DNA of 61,264 nucleotides, filler included, from Candidatus Woesearchaeota archaeon (GCA_003695265.1; 13 parts of 13 records of this genome joined end to end with filler, not necessarily neighbours in it), one strand, 5' to 3'; numbered from the whole stretch's first letter, positions 50,234-57,479 are shown. The notes: generated by a model from the sequence alone, not told the origin. Numbers and translations are program-made.

Positions 50234-51322
50234 TTAAGCGTTGTAAGAGGACCTCTCAGCTGCCATGTTTGCTCGGTAATTGCTTGACTGAACGTCCTCA
50301 ACCAGTCTTTGGAGCTGGCTGCTCTGTGTTCCTATCAAAACGTTTGTGCTTGAAGCACCGTTTATTATGCTACCCATTCTTTCTAGGCCTTCAACGAGTG
50401 TGTTGTGTACTTCTCTCGTGTAGTCTGACAATATTGTGACGCCTTCGTTGATCGCGGCAACTGCTTGGACAAGGTCTCCTATTGATTGGTATGTTCTCTT
50501 TGTCTTCCAGAGGGTATCCTCAATAAGTCTTGCCTTGCTTGATATTCTTTCTGCTGTGAAGAGGGCTATAGTTAATAGTCTTTCCATGTTTTCAAGATAA
50601 TTTTCTTCGTCAGACAGGTGAGCTCTCTTGTCTGTTAATATGAGATAATCTTTTTCTAATTGTGACAATCTTCTTTCAAGAGCGCGGTGTTTTCTCTTAG
50701 CTTGGAAATAGCCTGGGTCTGATTCGCTCATGCCCTTAAGCTTGTCAGTTAACGCGTTTAGCTCTGCTATTGTCTCTGGTATTACTGATTCCGCGTATTC
50801 CCTGTTCTTGTGTGTTCTTTCGTTTGACACTGATATTTCATCAACATGGCCTTGCACTGACGCAAGTTCGCGCCTAGAAGTTGAGATTATGTTACTAAGA
50901 TAATAATTCATGTCACCAAGGTTTATAAGCTGGACTTCAAACAACTCATCGATTGTTGTGCTAGGAGCTTGTTTTCCTAAAAATTTTGTGTAAAAAGCAT
51001 TTCTTGCGGCAATCCATGCTCTGTAGGGAGCAGAGACTCCGCTTCTGACGATCTGCTCAAATTTTTCTTGGACAGCCTGCATTTTCTCAACAGTTTCTGC
51101 AAGCTCTTTGTAGCCTGTGCCTGTTATTGCTTTTTTCCGCGTGCTCTCCATAATCCTGTTTCTTGCGTCTTGGACTTGGCTTACTAATGATCTTTGCTCG
51201 CTTTCTATTGGGATTATTGCAGGCATTCCTGTTTGCGTTTTCTTATGGCTTGCTGTTTTTGCTGATGATGTCCTGTTTTTCTCTTTTAGTTTTGAGAGCA
51301 GCCTGTTATTTATTTCATTCAT
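50234..51322 (-). CDS. Hypothetical long coiled-coil protein
   Basis: 362-aa helical ORF with an RBS-like GGTGAG upstream. Confidence 0.72.
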   Translation of the reverse strand: MNEINNRLLSKLKEKNRTSSAKTASHKKTQTGMPAIIPIESEQRSLVSQVQDARNRIMESTRKKAITGTGYKELAETVEKMQAVQEKFEQIVRSGVSAPYRAWIAARNAFYTKFLGKQAPSTTIDELFEVQLINLGDMNYYLSNIISTSRRELASVQGHVDEISVSNERTHKNREYAESVIPETIAELNALTDKLKGMSESDPGYFQAKRKHRALERRLSQLEKDYLILTDKRAHLSDEENYLENMERLLTIALFTAERISSKARLIEDTLWKTKRTYQSIGDLVQAVAAINEGVTILSDYTREVHNTLVEGLERMGSIINGASSTNVLIGTQSSQLQRLVEDVQSSNYRANMAAERSSYNA

Positions 51323-51472
51323 ATCAACTCACCATATAAAAATAATGAAAACAAAGTGAATTTTTTTAATAAGCATTGCCCAAAAAAAGCTGGAATCTAT
51401 TCGTAAAAATCAGAGATTTTACGTCTTTCTTGATAAACTATTTAAAGAAGTGTGTTTTTCAAAGTCAAGTTC

Positions 51473-51560
51473 GGGCCTGTAGTCTAGTAGCAAATGGTTG
51501 CTCATTTGATACGCAGGCCATGTGGGGTGTAAGCAAAGCTTAACCCCACGGTAAAAATTT
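51473..51560 (+). ncRNA. Structured leader of tRNA-Val beginning with a 16-nt duplicate of the tRNA 5' end
   Basis: GGGCCTGTAGTCTAGT at 51473-51488 and 51561-51576. Hairpins GGCCTG/CAGGCC and GTGGGG/CCCCAC. TATA-like TTTAAA at 51441-51446. Confidence 0.6.
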
Positions 51561-51647
51561 GGGCCTGTAGTCTAGTGGTTATGACGTCGCCCTTACAATT
51601 ATTAATTAGAAAGGCGGAGGTCCCCGGTTCGAGTCCGGGCGGGCCCA
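51561..51647 (+). tRNA. tRNA-Val(TAC) with canonical intron (51598-51611, 14 nt)
   Basis: Complete cloverleaf after removing ATTATTAATTAGAA. Confidence 0.92.
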
Positions 51648-51703
51648 TCAAAAATTATAAATAGTAGGTAAAAAGTTTTTAATTAAAATTTTAATTAAAT
51701 TTT

Positions 51704-51873
51704 GCGGCAGTAGTCCAGTGGTTAAGATACGGCCTTGCCATGCTTGGGCGTAAAGAGGCTGTGACCCGGGTTCAAAACAGATTTTTGCCAAAATCTGGTA
51801 AAAAGCGTTTAAGTGAGACGTTCACTGCGTGAAGTCTCACGAACCTCAACGGTAAAATCTGTTGAAAGTCCCG
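51704..51873 (+). tRNA. tRNA-Gly(GCC) with canonical intron (51741-51755, 15 nt) and T-loop intron (51777-51868, 92 nt); 3' acceptor strand cut by contig end
   Basis: GCGGCAGTAGTCCAGTGGTTAAGATACGGCCTTGCCA|...|AGGCTGTGACCCGGGTTCAAA|...TGAAAG|TCCCG; BHB helix TTGC:GTAA. Confidence 0.9.
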
Positions 51874-52081
51874 NNNNNNNNNNNNNNNNNNNNNNNNNNN
51901 NNNNNNNNNNNNNNNNNTTAATTAATTAANNNNNNNNNNNNNNNNNNNNNNNNNNNNNNNNNNNNNNNNNNNNATATTATAGAGCAATAAACGGATTAAA
52001 ATATATTATACAGACAGTCTTATGATTTTCTTAAATTTCAGTTAATTTTTTAAAGAAAAATTATTTTCTTTGATTCTTAAT

Positions 52082-52200
52082 GGGCTCGTGGTCTAACGGT
52101 ATGACGCTCCATTGGCTGTGGGGAGACTCCGGGTTCAATAACAGCGTTCAGAGTTCTGAACGCAGAACGCTAAACGCTGTTGAAAGTCCCGGCGAGTCCA
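52082..52200 (+). tRNA. tRNA-Ala(GGC) with T-loop intron (52140-52186, 47 nt)
   Basis: G3:U70 pair; strict BHB GGG-TTCA-ATA-ACAGCGTT / AACGCTGT-TGAA-AGT-CCC. Confidence 0.92.
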
Positions 52201-52269
52201 TTTTCTTCTTATTAGATAAATATTTAAAAACAATAATTCACTCCCAACATTGAGAAGTTTGACAAAAAT

Positions 52270-52456
52270 GGGCTTGTGGTCTAATGGTATGACGCCGCCT
52301 TCGCATCCTAGAGAAAAAGGCGGAGACTCCGGGTTCAATAACAGCGTTCGGAGCGCGGTGTTCAGAACGCAGCAAGCGCACTCAGCACTGCTGGGTTCTA
52401 TCGCTGAGCACTGATAACTGATTAGCTGAACGCTGTTGAAAGTCCCGGCAAGTCCA
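52270..52456 (+). tRNA. tRNA-Ala(CGC) with canonical intron (52306-52317, 12 nt) and T-loop intron (52340-52442, 103 nt)
   Basis: G3:U70 pair; same strict T-loop BHB as Ala(GGC). Confidence 0.92.
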
Positions 52457-52461
52457 TAAAA

Positions 52462-53016
52462 ATGAGAATAATCTACCTGACAGGAAACAAGAACAAGTTT
52501 CGAGAAGCTCAAGGAATTTTATCAGGTCATGAGCTCGAACTAAAGAAAATTGACCTTGATGAGATTCAAGAAATTAATATTGATAAAATAATAATCCACA
52601 AGGTTAAGCAAGGCTACAATATCATTAAAAAACCATTAATTGTTGATGACACAGGAATTTTTTTTGAGGGACTTAATGGCCTGCCAGGAGGCCTGGTAAA
52701 ATGGTTTCTTGAAAGGCTTGGGCCGGGCGGACTTTATGAGCTGGTAAAGGATAAAAGCACAAATGCTCATGTCGAATGCTGCGTCGGATACACAAACGAC
52801 GGCATAAATGTTCATGTGTTCAAAGGCATTGTTTATGGGAAAATTGTCAGTCCTCGCGGAAAAGAAGGTTTTCATTTTGACAAAATATTTGTTCCAGAAG
52901 GCTATGATAAAACATACAGCCAAATGAGTGCTGAAGAAAAAAACAAGATAAGCCACAGATGCATTGCACTTAAAAAATTAGAGAAATTCCTCAGAGGTGA
53001 GAAAAATGGGAAATGA
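52462..53016 (+). CDS. rdgB: Non-canonical purine NTP pyrophosphatase (RdgB/HAM1)
   Basis: TGNKNK, EIQ, DDTG, GFHFD.IF, KNKISHR. Confidence 0.94.
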   Translation: MRIIYLTGNKNKFREAQGILSGHELELKKIDLDEIQEINIDKIIIHKVKQGYNIIKKPLIVDDTGIFFEGLNGLPGGLVKWFLERLGPGGLYELVKDKSTNAHVECCVGYTNDGINVHVFKGIVYGKIVSPRGKEGFHFDKIFVPEGYDKTYSQMSAEEKNKISHRCIALKKLEKFLRGEKNGK

Positions 53017-53416
53017 TTGTATTTTTTGCAAAATTGTGAAAGGCGAACTGCCATGCTCAAAGCTTTATGAGGACGAAATGTTTTTAGCGTTTCTTGATTT
53101 ATACCCTGTAAAAAAAGGCCACGCATTAGTGATTCCAAAAGAGCATTACGAAACTATTTTTGACGTTCCAGAAAACGTTCTAGAAAAATACCTTTCAGTT
53201 ATTAAGAAAGTGGCAGTAGCTGTAAAAAAAGGCACAGATGCAAAAGGCATTAACCTCGCGCAGGCAAACCACAAAGCAGCAAACCAGGCAATCCCACACA
53301 TTCATTTTCACGTTATACCAAGAGATGAAGGGGATGGCCTTGGAAGCTGGCCGCAGGGCAAATATGAAGACAGGGAAATGGACGAATTCAGGGAAAAAAT
53401 AGCAGAACACATCTGA
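53006..53416 (+). CDS. HIT family hydrolase
   Basis: CIFCKI, GHALVIPK, HIHFHVIPR. Confidence 0.95.
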   Translation: MGNDCIFCKIVKGELPCSKLYEDEMFLAFLDLYPVKKGHALVIPKEHYETIFDVPENVLEKYLSVIKKVAVAVKKGTDAKGINLAQANHKAANQAIPHIHFHVIPRDEGDGLGSWPQGKYEDREMDEFREKIAEHI

Positions 53417-53462
53417 TTTTAGCAAAACCTTTTTATAAGTTTTATAATTTTTTGATTGTCAC

Positions 53463-53601
53463 GCCGGTGTAGCTCAGCCTGGAGGTTGTTTCGGGCAATT
53501 AGAGCGCTAGACTCATATTAAATGAGTGATGAGGCAAATGCCGATGAATTAGCATTTAGCGCGAAATCTAGAGGTCCCGGGTTCAGATCCCGGCACCGGC
53601 A
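53463..53601 (+). tRNA. tRNA with CAT anticodon (probably elongator Met), D-loop intron (53483-53498, 16 nt) and canonical intron (53518-53565, 48 nt)
   Basis: GCCGGTGTAGCTCAGCCTGG|AGGTTGTTTCGGGCAA|TTAGAGCGCTAGACTCATA|...|ATCTAGAGGTCCCGGGTTCAGATCCCGGCACCGGCA. G1:C72 argues against initiator; Ile2 is not formally excluded. Confidence 0.88.
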
Positions 53602-53644
53602 CTTTTTCTAAAAATTTATAAAGGAAAACCACAACTGATTGGTT

Positions 53645-54589
53645 ATGATTCGCGCTTTTGCGTACCATAAAAAGAGGTTCAAGGAGCTGAAAGAATTATC
53701 TTCTGTAAACGGTAATTTGTGGATTTCAGTTATCTCTCCGAAGAAGCACGAAATTGAGAAGTTAGAAAAAGTTTTTGGCCTGCACCCAACAACGGTAGAG
53801 GATGTCTCAACCCACCAAACAAGGATAAAATACGAAGAGTTTGACGAATACACATTAATAGTTTTTAGCGGGATAAAAGAGATTACTGGAACAAAATCTG
53901 ATTGGCGCTCAATTTATTTCATTCTCGGCAAGAACTTCCTCATAACGATTTGCGAAGAGCCTTTCGACACTATCAATAACTTTCTTTCTGAGTATAAAAA
54001 GATAGAGCCTGTCTTAAAAAAAGGAGCTGACTTAATGCTTTACCACATTCTTGACGCAGAAATAGACAAGTATTTAGATATAAGAGAAAAACTTTTTGAA
54101 GACTTGATAAACGTGGAAAACCAAATTCTAAGAAACCCTGATAAAGAGCTTCTTGACAAATTGTTCAAGAAAGAAATATTAACCCTTGATATAAAGCAGA
54201 AAGTTGAGTCTGTAGCAGAGGTTTGCTTCAGGCTGCAGAAAGCTTCTGAAAAATTTATTAATAATTCTCTTTTGCCTTATTATAGGGATATCTATGACCA
54301 TATCCTCAGGGTTGATGAGCGGCTGAGAAACATTTTAGACAGGTTGGACAGCATGGGCAATGCTTACATGTCCATGGTGTCAAACAAGATGAATGAGACC
54401 ATAAGGGTTCTTACCATAATCACTGTTATTATTATGCCACTGACCTTTATTACAGGCTTTTACGGGATGAATATTCTTCTCCCAATCCAAAGGAACCCTT
54501 TGGCATGGATTATTCTCTCTGTGCTTATGCTTGTTCTGATGCTTATAATGGTTCTTATTTTTAAGAGAAAGAATTGGATTGGGAAGTAA
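53645..54589 (+). CDS. corA: Magnesium/cobalt transporter CorA
   Basis: LHP...ED, YYRDIYDH, PLTFITGFYGMN, two C-terminal TMs. Confidence 0.95.
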   Translation: MIRAFAYHKKRFKELKELSSVNGNLWISVISPKKHEIEKLEKVFGLHPTTVEDVSTHQTRIKYEEFDEYTLIVFSGIKEITGTKSDWRSIYFILGKNFLITICEEPFDTINNFLSEYKKIEPVLKKGADLMLYHILDAEIDKYLDIREKLFEDLINVENQILRNPDKELLDKLFKKEILTLDIKQKVESVAEVCFRLQKASEKFINNSLLPYYRDIYDHILRVDERLRNILDRLDSMGNAYMSMVSNKMNETIRVLTIITVIIMPLTFITGFYGMNILLPIQRNPLAWIILSVLMLVLMLIMVLIFKRKNWIGK

Positions 54590-54590
54590 G

Positions 54591-54729
54591 CGCCAGCGCC
54601 CGGACTTTCATCAGCGGTCAGAACGCCGCCGCTTTGACCGCTGTCTTTGAACCGGGACATCCCAGAGGGAAAGCGGTTATCTCTAAAATTATTCGAGACC
54701 GCCGCAATACCAGATTATGCGACGCTGGC
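54591..54729 (-). tRNA. tRNA-Ser(CGA) with canonical intron (54679-54691, 13 nt) and T-loop intron (54605-54645, 41 nt)
   Basis: Acceptor GCCAGCG:CGCTGGC, discriminator G, same variable arm as Ser(GGA); T-loop intron ends TGAAAG. Confidence 0.92.
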
Positions 54730-54767
54730 GCAGCAAGACGTAACCTGAACTTACTTAAATATTTTTT

Positions 54768-55511
54768 TTATGCTAAACTAATATTTTTTCCTGAAAGTTT
54801 CTGACCTTTCAGAACATTTTCTAGGCAGTACTCCTTAATATCATCAATACGAATCTTGTTACAGAAAGAAGTGTTAAGTGTTCTAATAGCAACGTTTGAA
54901 TTGCATATGTCCATCCAAGGACCTATTGACATCTGATTGCATATCTTGTCATCCCTATTATTTATTGCCAATCTTATGAAACATTTGTTTCTTTGCATGC
55001 TGTCCTTTATTTTGACGCATACTATCGTGCTGTTTGCCTTTTTCGCAAGTTCTATAAAGCATTGCTCTTGCATGTGTTCTAAAGGTATTTGCTCGCAGAG
55101 TTGGATATCTTCAAAAACTTGTGCTAAGTCTCTCAGACAGACCCCTTTCCAGTAATCATCACTTATCAGCTTGCATGACTCTGTATCATTTGTTTCAAAA
55201 GAAATCTCTGAAATGCAATAATAAAATGTTTTATTATTTTTTATATTGCTGCAAATAGAGCTGTTTTTTTTCATCAATGCTACTTCTGAGAGGCAGGCGT
55301 CTCTGAAATCCTCATTCTTCATTAAGGAGCAAACTGACTCGTTTTTTGATGAAATGGCCTGTTTTCTTAGTGAGTTATCACGGCTTTGCTGTTCTAGAAC
55401 ACTTATTTTCCTTGGCAGGAAAAGCAGAGCTAGAAATATTAAGATTAACAAAAATATTAATATGTTTGTTTTTACAGAATCCACACTCTTATTTTTATTC
55501 TTTTTGGGCAT
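54768..55511 (-). CDS. Membrane-anchored protein with about seven Cys-pair repeats
   Basis: N-terminal TM; about 26-aa repeat C..I.......C...(L/V)A. Confidence 0.75.
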   Translation of the reverse strand: MPKKNKNKSVDSVKTNILIFLLILIFLALLFLPRKISVLEQQSRDNSLRKQAISSKNESVCSLMKNEDFRDACLSEVALMKKNSSICSNIKNNKTFYYCISEISFETNDTESCKLISDDYWKGVCLRDLAQVFEDIQLCEQIPLEHMQEQCFIELAKKANSTIVCVKIKDSMQRNKCFIRLAINNRDDKICNQMSIGPWMDICNSNVAIRTLNTSFCNKIRIDDIKEYCLENVLKGQKLSGKNISLA

Positions 55512-55613
55512 ATAAACCATTCTTTCTGATGTTATTAATAAATATTTCTGCATTCTAATAATTAGATAATTTTATATACCAAATAATATTTTATCAAACC
55601 TAAGGTGGTGTAA

Positions 55614-56504
55614 ATGAGAAAATTAATTATTGTCATTTCTTTGCTTGTGGTCCTGTTTGGATGCACAGCTCCTAAAACAGTACTCGAGCCTGACAAGCAT
55701 ATTACTGCTGATAATAATACCAAAAAAATATCTGAAGAAGACATAATTGAAGACCAAGAAAAGCCAAAAAAAGTTGAGGAAGAAAATCCGGTTGAGGAAA
55801 AAATATCAAAAGAGGTATCAGAAGAATCGCTCTCAAAAGAGGAACCCAGCCAGTTTCAACTGCGTGATATCCAGTATGAGCTTGATTCAACAGGCGAATC
55901 TTTTAAGCTTACAAATCTTAGACTAATAATTGATAATCCAACAGACAAGAATCTTGACACGACTGCAAAAATATACGTTGATAACGAGCTGTATGATGAG
56001 ATTAATCCTCACAGCATTGAGGAATTCAGCACTCTTAACCAGACTTTCACGATAAGTGGTGTAAAGTTGCCTTTCTCAGAGAACAAAGAAATAAAAGTGA
56101 AGATTTATGAAGGAAATCGCGTGATCTCTGAGCTGAAACAATTGCTGAAACTTTCCTCTGGCCCGAGTGTTAACGCAAACATTACAAAAATAGGTTTCAG
56201 AGTGGAAGATGATAAATTCTGGGTGGAAAACGTAACAATAAGGGTTGAGAACCACGTAGGAGACCACCTACTCTGGACTGCAAAATTCTACGCTTTTGAT
56301 GAGTCAGATCCAAGCGCTCTTAAAAGCATTCCTTATGACGAGTTTGAGCTTCCTTTAATATTAAGTAATCAGACTTTAGAAGAGACTTTTCCAGTTGAGG
56401 GAAGAAGTATTGGAAATCTTGGAGCAAATAAGACATTTATACTCAGGCTTTATGATAAGAATGTTCTGAAGAAAGAGGTCACATTATATCAGGTGGTTGG
56501 ATGA
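55614..56504 (+). CDS. Putative lipoprotein with two similar beta-rich domains
   Basis: Lipobox-like LFGC; repeated TAK(I/F)Y...YDE...NQT pattern. Confidence 0.72.
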   Translation: MRKLIIVISLLVVLFGCTAPKTVLEPDKHITADNNTKKISEEDIIEDQEKPKKVEEENPVEEKISKEVSEESLSKEEPSQFQLRDIQYELDSTGESFKLTNLRLIIDNPTDKNLDTTAKIYVDNELYDEINPHSIEEFSTLNQTFTISGVKLPFSENKEIKVKIYEGNRVISELKQLLKLSSGPSVNANITKIGFRVEDDKFWVENVTIRVENHVGDHLLWTAKFYAFDESDPSALKSIPYDEFELPLILSNQTLEETFPVEGRSIGNLGANKTFILRLYDKNVLKKEVTLYQVVG

Positions 56505-57001
56505 GTTTAAAATTTGTTGTCTTGCTTTTATTTGTCATAGGATGCTCATCCAACATGCAAAAAGAATTAACTTTTGATGATTTTAAGGAAAAAATAGTTC
56601 CAGAGATGAAACAATTAACCCAGGACATTTCAGAAGTAGAAGCAAAATACAAGGAAATAATTGAGACTAAGGACATTGACGAATGTAACCATATAGGTAA
56701 TATCTCCCAAAGCTCAGCAATACTCACAGCATACAGGGAAGTGGGCGTTAACTTTTACAATGATAATAAGGAATACTTTGACAAGTATTGTGACCAAACC
56801 CCTGGCTGTGACGTTGTCGAAACGAATGTTGGTGTTTGGGAGGAGAACATTGACCTTTACAATGATTTTATGGACAAAAATAATGATATCCTAAAAGGAT
56901 GCGGCTACACGTTCACAATGGAAGAACTTCTTGACGAGGCAAGGGTTATCGTTGATGATTACTTGGAGGAAAGAGGGGATATTTTAAATGTTTCTTCTTA
57001 A
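56501..57001 (+). CDS. Putative lipoprotein
   Basis: Lipobox-like VIGC; acidic mature region. Confidence 0.7.
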   Translation: MSLKFVVLLLFVIGCSSNMQKELTFDDFKEKIVPEMKQLTQDISEVEAKYKEIIETKDIDECNHIGNISQSSAILTAYREVGVNFYNDNKEYFDKYCDQTPGCDVVETNVGVWEENIDLYNDFMDKNNDILKGCGYTFTMEELLDEARVIVDDYLEERGDILNVSS

Positions 57002-57058
57002 TGTTTCCTGCTTGACAACTTAATAATGTTTTTGATTACTAAATATGAAAATTATGAA

Positions 57059-57283
57059 TGCCCCCGTCGGGACTTTCACCAGATTCTGCCGTTTGAAGTT
57101 TGTGAGACTTCACGCAGTTAACATCTCACTAAAACGCTTTTTACCAGATTTTGGCAAAAAATCTGTTTTGAACCCGAGTCATTGCCTTTCTCCAAACACT
57201 TGCGAGAGGGCAATATGATTGTTGCCGAGCTTTTACCTTTTTAATGGTTTTGGTAAAAGTTTGCCGGACTACACCACGGGGGC
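57059..57283 (-). tRNA. tRNA-Glu(CTC) with three introns: D-loop (57222-57262, 41 nt), canonical (57188-57202, 15 nt), T-loop (57073-57166, 94 nt)
   Basis: Spliced product GCCCCCGTGGTGTAGTCCGGC-CAATCATATTGCCCTCTCG-AGGCAATGACTCGGGTTCAAA-TCCCGACGGGGGCA folds as a standard cloverleaf. Confidence 0.92.
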
Positions 57284-57479
57284 AATAGTTAATATGGTTT
57301 TTAAGACTTCTTTTTAAATGTTATCATATTTTACAATGGGACTTGCAGTTCCCTTAAACCGCTCGCGTCGAAGAGGGNNNNNNNNNNNNNNNNNNNNNNN
57401 NNNNNNNNNNNNNNNNNNNNNTTAATTAATTAANNNNNNNNNNNNNNNNNNNNNNNNNNNNNNNNNNNNNNNNNNNNAT

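Noticed and set aside
51489..51576. Segment between the duplicated tRNA-Val 5' ends read as a D-loop intron
   Set aside because: The only BHB I can draw (CTAG:CTAG) would splice to a D-loop lacking G18, and a complete tRNA already starts at 51561.
52135..52512. ORFs overlapping tRNA loci (also 15527-15715, 34002-34295, 48281-48487, 54574-54804) as intron-encoded proteins
   Set aside because: They cross exon boundaries, have no recognisable motifs, and the introns are too short to encode a homing endonuclease.
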